This document shows, piece by piece, positions 1 to 9,471 of a stretch of 64,000 bases of DNA. Position numbers and translations under genes: made by a program. Positions within the stretch are counted from its first letter, which is position 1. Every line of letters starts with the position of its first letter. The stretch is from Anaerolineae bacterium (lineage in GTDB: Bacteria > Chloroflexota > Anaerolineae > B4-G1 > DUEL01), in contig JBDOIF010000152.1 of the NCBI GenBank assembly GCA_041082215.1, positions 1,235-65,234 on the forward strand, read 5' to 3'. The notes under the pieces were generated by a model that did no database searches, was not told where the DNA came from, and saw only the letters and a program-made list of their open reading frames with translations.

Positions 1-130
1 CCTCATGCCCGAAACGGCGGATGGCATCCAGGATGGGGCAGAGCTGCCCGCCAGGAATGCCGAATATGAAACGGACCTTTTCCTGGATCAGACATTTGAC
101 CAGGAGATCAGCGCCCATGGTTGTGCTCAT
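1..130 (-). CDS. Thiamine-pyrophosphate-dependent enzyme (acetolactate-synthase-large-subunit-like), N-terminal fragment running off the window start
   Basis: Minus-strand translation from ATG at 130..128 gives MSTTMGADLLVKCLIQEKVRFIFGIPGGQLCPILDAIRRFGHE, a typical TPP-enzyme N-terminal domain; GGAGGAGG RBS at 140..131. The plus-strand ORF 5..274 is rejected in its favour. Confidence 0.5.
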   Translation of the reverse strand, partial: MSTTMGADLLVKCLIQEKVRFIFGIPGGQLCPILDAIRRFGHE

Positions 131-405
131 TTCCTCCTCCTTTGGACTCTGAGAGAAGCGTCGAGTGGCTGGTTTTGTAATTATATCTTACACCCGGCGC
201 AAAGGGAAGTAGGGGCGACCGATCGGGCGCATTTCAGTTTGGTGGCGAGTTACACCTTAATTTTGCCCACCTGATGGTGGTTTGATCCCTCACTCCTCCC
301 CCTAGGGGTGGGATGAGGGCCAGGTAGAGTAATTAGCCTCCAGCGCAGGCAGCTACCACATCTTCCAAAAAACTGAAATGCGCCCGACCGATCCGGCCGC
401 ACCTA

Positions 406-433
406 CTTGCTATTCCCTGGCTTCGCCGTATAA
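406..433 (+). promoter_or_regulatory. Sigma-70-like promoter candidate (TTGCTA-N16-TATAAT) for the hybrid kinase gene
   Basis: TTGCTA at 406..411 and TATAAT at 428..433, about 47 nt upstream of the ATG at 480. Confidence 0.35.
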
Positions 434-479
434 TGAAATTGTCCATCCTGAACCCTGTAAAAAGAGACGGCCCCTGAAG

Positions 480-1772
480 ATGAGCAGAGAGAAGCCGGCG
501 GAGGGAAAACCGAGGCGGACGGTCCTGATCGCGGAGGATGAGCGATCGCTGGCAGCCGCCATTGCCGCGACGCTGGACCTGGAGGGGCTGGAGACGGTGG
601 TGACCCACGATGGGGAGCAGGCTCTGGCCCTGGCCCGCGCACTGCAGCCCGACCTGGTCCTTCTGGATGTGATGATGCCAGGCCGGTCGGGCATCGAGGT
701 ATGCGCGACCCTGAAGACCGATCCTGCCACCGCATCGATCCCCGTCATCCTTGTCACGGCCAAGACGGAAAAGGCCGACCGGCTGGTGGGGCTTGCAGCA
801 GGGGCCGACGAGTACCTCACCAAACCCTTCAGCCCGACCGAGCTGATTGATCTGGTCAAAGAGGCCCTTTCCGGCCATCCTCTCCAGTTCCGCGCCCATC
901 AGCCCGACCCCTCCTCTATGCCCGCCGATCAGCTGGTGGTCTATGCCCGGGAACTACGGGAGCTGTTCGAGCGGGAACGGCAGGAGCGACAGGCGCTGGA
1001 ACAGGCGCGCCGCCGTCTGGAGGAGCTGGACCGGCTGAAGGCTTCGTTTCTCAGCGCGGTGACCCACGAATTGCTCACCCCCTTCGCGGCTATCGGCCTG
1101 GCCTTGCAGGTCCTCCAGCGGACCAGCGAGGGGTTCACGCAGCTCCAGCAGGAGGCCCTGGATGACCTGATGACGGAGATCGCAGGCCTCCACCGTATGA
1201 TCACCGGCGTGGTCAAGTTCGCCGAACTGGTCACCAAGCGGCGCGAACCCCAGCCTGGCTATATCCGTCTGGACCGGGTGATCCCGTGGGCAGTACACCC
1301 GGCCGCTGTGCTGGCCCAGGCGCGGGGGGTGGACTTCCGGGTCTTCGTGCCGGAGGACCTCCCACCGGTCCACGCCGACCCCGAGCTTCTCGGCGAGGCG
1401 GCCTTCCAGATGGCCCACAACGCGGTGAAGTTCAACCTGCCGGGAGGAAAGGCCCGGGTGCGCGTCTTCCTTTCCGATCCGTGGGTTGTGATCGAGGTAT
1501 CGGATACAGGGGTGGGGCTGACGCCAGACCGGCTGGAGGTCCTCGGGCAGCCCTTTGAGCAGAGCGCCGACTCCCTGAGACGGGGACGCGCAGGGCTGGG
1601 GATCGGCTGGGCTTTCGTATGCTACGTGGCGGAGGTCCACGGCGGCTGGACCCGCGTTGAGAGTCCAGGCCCTGGTCAGGGCAGCACATTCTCCCTGGGC
1701 ATACCGGCGGGCGAGGAAGCCCGTCTGCCGGAGGAAGAGGGGGACAGCCATTCGGAGCTTCACCCTGAATAG
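480..1772 (+). CDS. Hybrid response-regulator receiver / histidine kinase (REC-HisKA-HATPase)
   Basis: The N-terminus (TVLIAEDERSLAAAIA...LVLLDVMMPGRSG...EYLTKPF) is a CheY-like REC domain; LKASFLSAVTHELLTPF is an H-box; the C-terminus has G-box motifs (GVGLTPDRL, GLGIGWAFV). Start moved to the internal ATG at 480 (MSREK), in frame with ORF 378..1772. Confidence 0.8.
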   Translation: MSREKPAEGKPRRTVLIAEDERSLAAAIAATLDLEGLETVVTHDGEQALALARALQPDLVLLDVMMPGRSGIEVCATLKTDPATASIPVILVTAKTEKADRLVGLAAGADEYLTKPFSPTELIDLVKEALSGHPLQFRAHQPDPSSMPADQLVVYARELRELFERERQERQALEQARRRLEELDRLKASFLSAVTHELLTPFAAIGLALQVLQRTSEGFTQLQQEALDDLMTEIAGLHRMITGVVKFAELVTKRREPQPGYIRLDRVIPWAVHPAAVLAQARGVDFRVFVPEDLPPVHADPELLGEAAFQMAHNAVKFNLPGGKARVRVFLSDPWVVIEVSDTGVGLTPDRLEVLGQPFEQSADSLRRGRAGLGIGWAFVCYVAEVHGGWTRVESPGPGQGSTFSLGIPAGEEARLPEEEGDSHSELHPE

Positions 1773-2827
1773 GAGGGCAAATTGGCCCTTCGCCAGCGAG
1801 GGCCTTCCGGCGTGTCTTCCACCGTATAGCCAAGGCGGGCGATCTCTTCCCGCAACCTGTCCGCCCTGACCCAATCCCGCGCCCGGCGGGCTGCTTCCCG
1901 CTCCTCGATAAGGGCCGCTACCTCCAGTGGCAGCTCCTCTTTTACTTGCTCTGCCGCCAGTGCCGCCTCTACCACCCGGGCAGGCAGCCCCTCCTCCAGG
2001 GCAGGCAGCCGCACCTCCCCCAGCAGCCCCAGCGGGAAGGTGGACCCGCCGGAGAAGATCCGCTCTTCCCCGCTCCGCCGGACCGTCGCGCCGGACCGAC
2101 CCACGACCTGCGCCATCCCTTTGGCGAAGTCCAGCACCACGGCCGTGTGCTCGTCAATCCCCAGAATCGTGGCCGTCGGCGGAAGCATCTCCTCCAGCCG
2201 GGCCATCCGTTCCACCCCCATAAAGGCGCAGCGGGTATCCAGATTCTCCCCTCCCTCCGTGTTGTCCCAGTGGGTGACGACGGCCAGCTCCAGTCCGTAG
2301 GGCCGGAAGAGGTCCAGCCCCTCCTCCCAATAGGGATCGGCGCCTGCCTTGTAGATTTCGTAGACCGGCAGGGCATACGCTCCCGAAGCGATGGCCGCCG
2401 CGCTGGCCAGGGCCAGCGCTGCCCCTCGCCGCTGTCGGGCGACGATCGTATGCCAGGCCCACGTGCCCCTGAGGTGGCGGACGGCATAGGTGGGGCTGCC
2501 CGGCCCCATAAAGATATAGTTGGCCTTCAGAAGCGGGGCGGTCAGCTCCGGGTCGTCGGTGCTGTAGGGGCCGTCCCTCCGGCGCGCCGGCACCACCGTC
2601 ACCTGGGGGCGGAAGTTCTGCAACCGCTCCTCGATGAACCCGGCCAGCCGGCCGGCAACCCAGACGGAGTTGGGCTGGAACCCCGCCGGGGTCTCCAGAA
2701 CCGCGACCCGGATCGGCGGTTCGAGCCGACGAAACAGCATCTCATGCACCCGTCGCCCGGCAGGCGCGATCTCTCCAGAGCCGAAAAGGGCGATCGGACC
2801 GGGCTGAATGCCCATCTCTTTCACCAC
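1760..2827 (-). CDS. Peptidase S51 (cyanophycinase/PepE)-like protein with a basic C-terminal helical tail
   Basis: FMGPGSPTYAV and a LASAAAIASGAYAL Ser-nucleophile-like motif resemble S51 peptidases; the C-terminal EEREAARRARDWVRADRLREEIARLGYTVEDTPEGPRW resembles the C-terminal helix of class-I aaRS such as CysRS. Function uncertain. Confidence 0.35.
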   Translation of the reverse strand: MVKEMGIQPGPIALFGSGEIAPAGRRVHEMLFRRLEPPIRVAVLETPAGFQPNSVWVAGRLAGFIEERLQNFRPQVTVVPARRRDGPYSTDDPELTAPLLKANYIFMGPGSPTYAVRHLRGTWAWHTIVARQRRGAALALASAAAIASGAYALPVYEIYKAGADPYWEEGLDLFRPYGLELAVVTHWDNTEGGENLDTRCAFMGVERMARLEEMLPPTATILGIDEHTAVVLDFAKGMAQVVGRSGATVRRSGEERIFSGGSTFPLGLLGEVRLPALEEGLPARVVEAALAAEQVKEELPLEVAALIEEREAARRARDWVRADRLREEIARLGYTVEDTPEGPRWRRANLPSYSG

Positions 2828-2852
2828 GGTTGCTTCCCTTCCCCTTTCACAG

Positions 2853-2858
2853 TATAAT
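2853..2858 (+). promoter_or_regulatory. TATAAT -10 box upstream of the MNT/HEPN pair
   Basis: cacagTATAATcag at 2853..2858, then GGAGGG RBS (2867..2872) and ATG at 2875. Confidence 0.35.
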
Positions 2859-2874
2859 CAGTTACGGAGGGAAA

Positions 2875-3195
2875 ATGCTGGCAGACGCAGATAGAGAAAT
2901 CGCGCGCGAACTCTTGCGCCGTCTGGTGACCATTGTGCCGGTGCTTGACCTGCGTGTGTTCGGTTCTCGGGCCAGGGGTGATGCTGTGCCCGATTCAGAC
3001 CTTGACGTGTTCATCGAGTTGGAGACATGCACCCCCCAGTTGCGCCAGCGTATCAGCGAGATTGCCTGGGAAGTAGGTTTTGAAAAGGAGCGGGTGATCA
3101 CCACAGTGGTCGTTACCCGTGCCGAATTGGAGCACGGCGCGATGGGAGCCAGCCCCCTGGTCCTGAACGTCGAGCGGGAAGGTATCCGGCCTTGA
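2875..3195 (+). CDS. Nucleotidyltransferase-domain protein (MNT-type antitoxin)
   Basis: The FGSRARGDAVPDSDLDVFIEL motif (GS...D.D) is typical of a minimal nucleotidyltransferase; 4-bp ATGA overlap with the downstream HEPN gene. Confidence 0.75.
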   Translation: MLADADREIARELLRRLVTIVPVLDLRVFGSRARGDAVPDSDLDVFIELETCTPQLRQRISEIAWEVGFEKERVITTVVVTRAELEHGAMGASPLVLNVEREGIRP

Positions 3196-3599
3196 AGCCC
3201 GATCAATTGAAGGCACTGCTCTGTTACCGGATGGAGCAGGCCCGTGAATCCCTGCGCGAAGCGGAAATTCTTATGAGGGAATCCGCTCTGCGCGGCGCGA
3301 TTAACCGGGCCTACTATGCAATGTTTTACGCGCTCCTGGCCCTCCTGGCTACCAGGCAATTAGGTACCTCCAAGCACAGCGGCGCACTGGCTCTCTTCGA
3401 CCGCGAGTTCGTGAGAACCAGCGTATTCCCCCGCGAGTTCTCTCGCTCCCTTCACCTGGCTTTTGACCGCCGTCAGACCCACGATTACGGCGAGATGGTC
3501 CCAGTAACCCGTGAGATTGCCGAGGAATCCCTGGCAGATGCCCGCAAATTTGTGGATGCTGTTGAAACATACCTGATCTCCGTCGGTCACTTAGACTAG
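3192..3599 (+). CDS. HEPN-domain protein (toxin partner of the MNT)
   Basis: HEPN-like helices ending in FDRRQTHDYG (R-x4-6-H motif); translationally coupled to the MNT gene. Confidence 0.75.
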   Translation: MKPDQLKALLCYRMEQARESLREAEILMRESALRGAINRAYYAMFYALLALLATRQLGTSKHSGALALFDREFVRTSVFPREFSRSLHLAFDRRQTHDYGEMVPVTREIAEESLADARKFVDAVETYLISVGHLD

Positions 3600-3613
3600 A
3601 CTACCGTTTCTCC

Positions 3614-4396
3614 TCACCCCCGCACCGTCACCAGGTTGCCGGATTCGTACCGCCGCAGCCCCCAGGCGAAGACCCCCCGCGCCGCCAGGACGATGCCTGC
3701 GGTGAAGGCGACCAGCACCGCCAGCCGCCCCCAGTCGAAATCGCTCAACAGCGACGCCGGCATCGAGCCGACAAAGGCCGCCGGAATCAGGGTGTAGAGC
3801 AGCACCCGCACCACGCCAGGAAAGATCTCCACTGGATAAAGGCCGAAGGTGATCAGGGCGTTGATCGCCTGCATCGCCAGGTTGTCGGCGTTGCCCACCC
3901 AGAAGGCCAGCGACCCCACCAGCGTGCCGAAAGCGACCATGATCAGGCCCGCCAGAAGGCCCACCAGCAGGAAGAGCAGCACCCCATCCCACCGCACCGG
4001 CCCGGCGATCAGGAAGACGACCAGGCCGAAGAGGATATCCCCCCAGGCGGAGATGGACATCCGTGAGACCAGCAGATGGACCAGCGGGTCGGCCGGGAGC
4101 GCCAGGTAGTAGTCCAGTTCGCCGCCCGTGATGGCCTGCGCGACGCGGAAACTGTTGCCGCAGACGACGTTGGCCAGCCCGAAGCCGAAGGCGACGACCC
4201 CGTAAATGGTCATCACGCCGGAGAGGTCCCACCCCTGCAGCGTCGGCAGCCGGTTGAAGAGGACCCACCAGAAGAAGAGGAGCATCACGTCGTTGAGCAC
4301 CATGCCGAAGACCTGGAGGAGGAAAGCCCCCCGGTAGGCCATCGCCGACATCAGGTTGTGGCGGACATAGCCCCAGACCAGCCGCGCCGTCTTCAT
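3614..4396 (-). CDS. ABC-2 family transporter permease
   Basis: Six-TM hydrophobic protein, last gene of a three-gene minus-strand operon with an ABC ATPase. Confidence 0.7.
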   Translation of the reverse strand: MKTARLVWGYVRHNLMSAMAYRGAFLLQVFGMVLNDVMLLFFWWVLFNRLPTLQGWDLSGVMTIYGVVAFGFGLANVVCGNSFRVAQAITGGELDYYLALPADPLVHLLVSRMSISAWGDILFGLVVFLIAGPVRWDGVLLFLLVGLLAGLIMVAFGTLVGSLAFWVGNADNLAMQAINALITFGLYPVEIFPGVVRVLLYTLIPAAFVGSMPASLLSDFDWGRLAVLVAFTAGIVLAARGVFAWGLRRYESGNLVTVRG

Positions 4397-4397
4397 C

Positions 4398-5186
4398 TTA
4401 TCCCCCGTGCACCACCATCCGCCGCTGCGCCAGCCGCCACACCAGCGTCACCGCCGCCGCCGTCAGCCCGATGTAGGCCGCCTGCCCTGCCGCCGCCCGC
4501 AACACCTCCCCCGGCGCGAAGGCGACGAAGGCGCGGGCAGGGGCATAGGTGATGAACTGGAAAGGGAGCCACTCCGCCAGCCGCCGCAGACCTGCCGGGA
4601 ACATCTCCAGGGGGAGAAACAGCCCGCCCACGGTGAAAAGAAGCTTCTGGTAGATCCAGAAGACCGGGCTGATCTCCTCGATCCAGAAGGCCAGAAGGCC
4701 GATGAGGACGGCGATAAGCGCGTCCAGCACCAGCGCCAGCGCGGCCATCCCCAGGAAGGCCGCAAATCCTGGCAGGCTTCCCGCCACCCGTCCCGTCCCC
4801 AGCCCCACCACCGCCGACGCTGTCAGCAGATTCATCATGAAGCGGGGAACGGAGTTACCCAGAGAGTAGGCCACCTGATAGAAGGGGTAGCTCATCGGGC
4901 GGGCCAGCGTGTAGGCCAGGTCGCCGGAGCGGACTGCCTGACCGATCTCCATAAAGACCCGCGATGTCGAAAGGGTCACCGTCTCCGTCATCGCCAGATA
5001 CCAGACCATCGCCGGGAGCGAGTAGCCCGCCAGCTCCGCCCGCCCGCTGACGCCGAAGGCCGTGCTCCAGAGGGCCAGGAAGACCCCCATAAAGAGCGCC
5101 ATCTGCGCCGCCCGCATCGCCATCTCGGCGCGGTAGGTCCACTGCTGCCGGGCGGCGGTCCATAAAACGAACCCGTACCGCGTCAT
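4398..5186 (-). CDS. ABC-2 family transporter permease
   Basis: Polytopic membrane protein; start overlaps the stop of the ATPase gene (5183..5186). Confidence 0.7.
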   Translation of the reverse strand: MTRYGFVLWTAARQQWTYRAEMAMRAAQMALFMGVFLALWSTAFGVSGRAELAGYSLPAMVWYLAMTETVTLSTSRVFMEIGQAVRSGDLAYTLARPMSYPFYQVAYSLGNSVPRFMMNLLTASAVVGLGTGRVAGSLPGFAAFLGMAALALVLDALIAVLIGLLAFWIEEISPVFWIYQKLLFTVGGLFLPLEMFPAGLRRLAEWLPFQFITYAPARAFVAFAPGEVLRAAAGQAAYIGLTAAAVTLVWRLAQRRMVVHGG

Positions 5187-6196
5187 CCCCCCGTCTCCGC
5201 GTCCTTCCCTCCCTGCGTCTCCGTGTCCCCGTAGATCCGCGCGATGATCTCCTCCATCGGCGGGTTATCCACGTTGATATCCGCCACGGCGTACCGACTC
5301 AGCAGCCGGGCCACCACCTCCTCGATGGGCACGATGCCCGTATCCACCTGCAACTTGACGCCGTATCCCTTGTGCTTCAGCACCTCCACGCCAGGCAGCT
5401 CAAGCCCCTGCCACGGTTCCCCCAGCTTCAGGGAGATGGTCTTGGTGTGGATGTACTCCCGCTTGAGGGTGGAGACCCGACCGTCGAAGATCACCTCTCC
5501 GTGGTTGATGACCATGGCCCGCTGGCAGAGCACCTCCACATCGCCAGCGTCGTGGGAGGTGAGAAAGATAGTGACCCCCTCCTGCTGGTTGAGTTCCAGG
5601 ATGAGGTCGCGAATGCGCTGCTTGACGACCACATCCAGCCCGATGGTCGGCTCGTCCAGGAAGAGGATGCGGGGGCGGTGGAGGAGGGAGGCGGCGATCT
5701 CACACCGCATCCGCTCCCCCAGGGAGAGTTTCCGCACCGGAACCTGGAGGTAATCGCCGATCTCGAAGAGGTCCACCAGGTAGGCCAGCCGCTGCCGGTA
5801 GGCCCGCCCGTCCAGCTCGTAGATGCGGGCCAGGAGGTCGAAGGAGTCGCTGGGCGGCAGGTGGTACCAGAGCTGGGATTTCTGGCCGAAGACGGCGCCG
5901 ATCTGGTAGGCCAGGCGGGCGCGCTCCCGCCAGGGGACCATCCCCAGCACCTGTGCCTGGCCGGAGGTGGGGTAGAGGATGCCCACCAGCATCTTGATCG
6001 TGGTGGACTTGCCCGCTCCGTTGGGGCCGATGAAGGCCACCCGCTCGCCCGGTTCCACAGCAAAGGAGATCCCCCTCACCGCCCGCACCTCCCGGCGGAC
6101 GGGCCGGAAGAGGGCGCGCAGGCTCCCCGAAAGCCCGGGCTGCTTCTCGCGGGCGAGAAAGGTTTTGGTCAGTTGGCGGGTTTCGATGATCGGCAA
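5183..6196 (-). CDS. ABC transporter ATP-binding protein
   Basis: Walker A GPNGAGKST, signature LSLGERMR, Walker B ILFLDEPTIGLD. Confidence 0.9.
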   Translation of the reverse strand: MPIIETRQLTKTFLAREKQPGLSGSLRALFRPVRREVRAVRGISFAVEPGERVAFIGPNGAGKSTTIKMLVGILYPTSGQAQVLGMVPWRERARLAYQIGAVFGQKSQLWYHLPPSDSFDLLARIYELDGRAYRQRLAYLVDLFEIGDYLQVPVRKLSLGERMRCEIAASLLHRPRILFLDEPTIGLDVVVKQRIRDLILELNQQEGVTIFLTSHDAGDVEVLCQRAMVINHGEVIFDGRVSTLKREYIHTKTISLKLGEPWQGLELPGVEVLKHKGYGVKLQVDTGIVPIEEVVARLLSRYAVADINVDNPPMEEIIARIYGDTETQGGKDAETGG

Positions 6197-6211
6197 AGAG
6201 ACCCCCCTCTC

Positions 6212-7315
6212 TTAGAAATAGGCTTCGTATCCCCCAATCCCCAGCTCGTCCCGCATCACCTGCAGTTCCCGGCGCAGGTTGGGGTTGATGGGGATGCCCT
6301 GCTGGCGGACTTCCTGCTCCTTTTCGTACTCCTTCTCCCCGGCGACGTAGATGCGGTCGTGGCCGGGGGCCTTGCGGGCGTTCTGGAGCGCGCGGAGGAT
6401 CGCCCCGGCGATGCGACGGAACTCCTCCAGCGGAATGAAGTGTTCGATATCCATCGCGAGGAAGAAGTGGCCCAGCATGTAGGGCCGGCGGGAGCCGTCG
6501 GGGGCGACGCCCAGCAGGTCCTTCATAAACGGCCCGCCGGAGAGGGCCGAGGAGAGGATCTCCACCATCACCCCCAGGCCGTACCCCTTGTGGCCGCCCA
6601 TCTCCTCCCCCGCCCCGCCCAGCGGCAGGAAGGCCGCCTTCGCTGTTCCCAGGTCCTCCAGGATACGGGCCGGGTCGGTGAGCGGGTTGCCGTGCTCGTC
6701 AATCACCCAGCCCTCCGGCACCGGCTTCTCGGCGCGGGCCAGCACCTCGATCTTGCCCCGCTGGGTGATGGGCGTGGCGGCGTCGAAGCAGAAGGGGTAC
6801 GGCAGGTCAGTTGGGGCAGCGAAAGCGATGGGGTTGGTCCCCAGCATCGGGTCGGTGCTGAAGGTCGGGGCGACGGACGGCCGGGTGTTGGTCACCGTCA
6901 GGCCAATCATCCCTTCGGCGGCGGCCATCAGGGGGTAGTAGCCGGCGATGCCGAAGTGGGTCGAGTTGCGCACCGCCACCGCCCCCAGTCCGTACCGCCG
7001 GGCCTTCTCCATCGCCAGCCGCATCGAGCGGTAAGCAATGACCTGGCCCATCCCGTGGTGACCGTCCGCCAGCGCCGTCGTCTCGGTCTCTTTGACTACC
7101 TCGAAGTGGGTTTGGGTGAACTGTACCCCCGCCTTGATCCGGTCGTAATAGTACTTCAGCCGACCGATGCCGTGGGAGTCAATCCCCCGCAGGTCGGAGG
7201 TGATGAGGACGTCGGCGCAGATACGGGCGTCCTCCTCTGGCACGCCCAGGGCACGGAAGACGTCGAGCATGAAGCGCTCGGCCACTTCGACTGGCAAGCA
7301 GATCATTTCTGTCAT
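6212..7315 (-). CDS. Ldh_2-family (malate / L-sulfolactate / ureidoglycolate dehydrogenase-type) oxidoreductase
   Basis: MTEMICLPVEVAERFMLDVFRALGVPEEDARICADVLITSDLRGIDSHGIGRL is a typical Ldh_2 N-terminus; the tracked ORF start at 7378 is repeat-derived, so the start is placed at MTEM (7315). Confidence 0.7.
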   Translation of the reverse strand: MTEMICLPVEVAERFMLDVFRALGVPEEDARICADVLITSDLRGIDSHGIGRLKYYYDRIKAGVQFTQTHFEVVKETETTALADGHHGMGQVIAYRSMRLAMEKARRYGLGAVAVRNSTHFGIAGYYPLMAAAEGMIGLTVTNTRPSVAPTFSTDPMLGTNPIAFAAPTDLPYPFCFDAATPITQRGKIEVLARAEKPVPEGWVIDEHGNPLTDPARILEDLGTAKAAFLPLGGAGEEMGGHKGYGLGVMVEILSSALSGGPFMKDLLGVAPDGSRRPYMLGHFFLAMDIEHFIPLEEFRRIAGAILRALQNARKAPGHDRIYVAGEKEYEKEQEVRQQGIPINPNLRRELQVMRDELGIGGYEAYF

Positions 7316-7351
7316 CTTGCTTTCTCCGCCTTTCCCGAGGAACTGTACGCT

Positions 7352-7404
7352 GTGGGCAAGCTGAAGCTTACCTCTCATATTCGGGCAAGCTGAAGCTTGC
7401 CCTG
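7352..7404. repeat. Two tandem copies of a palindromic AAGCTGAAGCTT-core hairpin element
   Basis: gtGGGCAAGCTGAAGCTTaCC (7352..7372, imperfect) and cGGGCAAGCTGAAGCTTGCCCtg (perfect 20-bp palindrome at 7383..7402). Confidence 0.6.
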
Positions 7405-7518
7405 CAAAAGATTATAGGCGGGGGGGAGCATCTCCGCAAGCTGCGGGTTGCGTCCTCCGCGTCCTCTGTGGTAAAATCGGCCCCGGTCCAGAACCCACTT
7501 TCTACAGGAGAAAGCCCG

Positions 7519-8388
7519 ATGGAGACCATTTTGAAGAGCGCTCGGAAAACCGTCGTCATCGGCCCGGAGAGGCCCACGGTGCTCATTGGGGAGCGGATCA
7601 ACCCCACCGGCAAGAAGCGGCTGGCCGCGGCGCTGGCCGAGGGCGACCTGGAGATCGTGCGTCAGGAGGCGGTTGCCCAGGTCGAGGCGGGAGCCGACGT
7701 GCTGGATGTCAACGTTGGCGCAGCGGGGGTGGACGAGGTGAAGATGCTCCCCCGCGCCATCCGCACGGTGATGGAGGTGGTGGATGTGCCGGTGTGTATA
7801 GACACGGCCAACGTCGGTGCGTTGCGGGCCGCCCTGGAACTCCACCGGGAGCTGGCCCCGGAGGGGAAGCCGCTGGTCAATTCGGTCAACGGCGAGGAGG
7901 CCCGGCTGGAGGGGGTGCTGCCGCTGGTGGCGGAATACGGCGCGGCCGTGATCGGCCTGACGATGGACGATGAGGGGATCCCGCAGGTCCCCGAGCGGCG
8001 GCTGGAGATCGCGCGCAAGATCGTCGAGCGGGCGGAGGGGATGGGGATCCCCCGTGCAGATGTGCTGATAGACTGCCTGGCGTTGACCGTCGGCGCCGAC
8101 TCCCGCGCCGGCCGGGTTACGCTCGACGCCATCCGGCTGGTGCGACAGGAGCTGGGGGTCAATATGACCATCGGGGCGAGCAACATCTCCTTCGGCCTGC
8201 CGGAGCGGGAGGTGATCAACCAGGTCTTCCTGAGCATGGCGATCCTGGAGGGGGTCAACTGCCCCATTGTGGATGCGGCCAGGATGCGGCCGGCGATCCT
8301 GGCGGCGGACCTGGTCCTGGGTCGGGACGACTACGGGATGCGGTACATCCGCGCCTACAAGAAACGCCGGCAGGCGGGGGTGGGCTAA
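7519..8388 (+). CDS. Pterin-binding methyltransferase (methyltetrahydrofolate:corrinoid methyltransferase / MtrH / AcsE-like)
   Basis: VIGERINPTGKKRL, DVLDVNVG, VCIDTANVGAL and NSVNGEE match the pterin-binding (DHPS-like TIM barrel) family of methyl-H4folate methyltransferases. Start set at METILK (7519). Confidence 0.65.
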   Translation: METILKSARKTVVIGPERPTVLIGERINPTGKKRLAAALAEGDLEIVRQEAVAQVEAGADVLDVNVGAAGVDEVKMLPRAIRTVMEVVDVPVCIDTANVGALRAALELHRELAPEGKPLVNSVNGEEARLEGVLPLVAEYGAAVIGLTMDDEGIPQVPERRLEIARKIVERAEGMGIPRADVLIDCLALTVGADSRAGRVTLDAIRLVRQELGVNMTIGASNISFGLPEREVINQVFLSMAILEGVNCPIVDAARMRPAILAADLVLGRDDYGMRYIRAYKKRRQAGVG

Positions 8389-8391
8389 ATT

Positions 8392-8421
8392 TGTAGGACA
8401 AGCTTCAGCTTGTCCTACAAC
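8392..8421. repeat. Perfect 30-bp palindrome (TTGTAGGACAAGCTTCAGCTTGTCCTACAA), same AAGCTT-core family as 7352..7404
   Basis: Lies between the convergent methyltransferase (+) and etfA (-) genes and probably acts as a bidirectional terminator. Confidence 0.6.
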
Positions 8422-8474
8422 AAAACGCCGCGCCAACCGGGAGGTCAGCGCGGCGTTCTGTGTCCTCACATCCC

Positions 8475-9461
8475 CTATGAACCCAGCCGCTCCTTCAGCA
8501 CGGCGGTCAGCGCCGGGACCACCTTGAAGAGGTCGCCGACGATGCCGTAGTGGGCCAACTGGAAGATCGGCGCTTCCGGGTCCTTGTTGATGGCAACGAT
8601 GACCTTGCTGGTGCGCATCCCGGCCTGGTGCTGGATCGCGCCGGAGATGCCGCAGGCGATATAGAGGTCGGGGCTGACCGTCTTCCCTGTCTGGCCGACC
8701 TGGTGCTCGTAGGGGATCCAGCCCGCGTCAACGGCGGCGCGGGAGGCGCCGACGGCCGCGTTGAGCACGCTGGCCAGCTCCCGGATCGGCCCGAAGCCCT
8801 CCGGCCCACCCACGCCCCGTCCTCCTGAGACGATGATGGCGGCGTCCGCCAGGCTCACTCCGCCCTCCGTCGTCCGGAAGTCGGTCACTTTGCAGGGGAT
8901 CTCTTCTTCCTTCAAAACCGGTTCCACCCGCACCACCTCTCCGGTCCGTGAAGGATCGGGGTCAGGCTTGGGGAACGCCCGCGTGCGGGTGGTGAAGATG
9001 GCCGGCCGCCGCTCCGGCACCGTGCAGGTGGAAAGGAGCTTGCCGGCATAGATAGGTCGGGTCGCCACCAGCTTCCCGTCCTCGAACTCCAGCGCGGTGC
9101 AGTCGGCGACGCATCCGGTCTCCAGGTCCACCGCCACCGCCGGCCCCAGGTCCCGCCCGCGGAAGGTGGCGCCGAGCAGAATGACCTCCGGTTTCTGTTC
9201 CTGCGCCAGCCGGGTCAGGAGGGCTGCATACGGCTCCAGGCGGAAATCGGCCAGGGTAGGATCGTCGGCCAGGAAGACCTTGTCGGCCCCGTAGGCGATG
9301 GCTTCCTGAGCCAGCCCTTCCACGCCGTGTCCGAAGAGGCAGGCACAGACCTGCCCACCCAGCTTCTGGCTCAGCCTGCGAGCGACGCCGATGGCCTCCC
9401 AGGAAGCCGGGGCCACCTCGCCGCGGAACTGCTCAACCCAGACGAAAACGTCCTTGCCCAT
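8475..9461 (-). CDS. etfA: Electron transfer flavoprotein alpha subunit
   Basis: EtfA N-terminus [12 protein letters not shown] and the C-terminal FAD-binding region; directly follows etfB. Confidence 0.85.
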   Translation of the reverse strand: MGKDVFVWVEQFRGEVAPASWEAIGVARRLSQKLGGQVCACLFGHGVEGLAQEAIAYGADKVFLADDPTLADFRLEPYAALLTRLAQEQKPEVILLGATFRGRDLGPAVAVDLETGCVADCTALEFEDGKLVATRPIYAGKLLSTCTVPERRPAIFTTRTRAFPKPDPDPSRTGEVVRVEPVLKEEEIPCKVTDFRTTEGGVSLADAAIIVSGGRGVGGPEGFGPIRELASVLNAAVGASRAAVDAGWIPYEHQVGQTGKTVSPDLYIACGISGAIQHQAGMRTSKVIVAINKDPEAPIFQLAHYGIVGDLFKVVPALTAVLKERLGS

Positions 9462-9471
9462 CGCTCACCCC

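Noticed and set aside
5-274. 89-aa plus-strand ORF at the window start
   Set aside because: The opposite strand encodes a clean TPP-enzyme N-terminus with an RBS; the plus-strand translation has no recognisable features.
5372-7393. 673-aa plus-strand ORF
   Set aside because: Antisense to the well-supported ABC ATPase and Ldh_2 genes; low-complexity, Arg/Gly/Pro-rich translation typical of open antisense frames in high-GC DNA.
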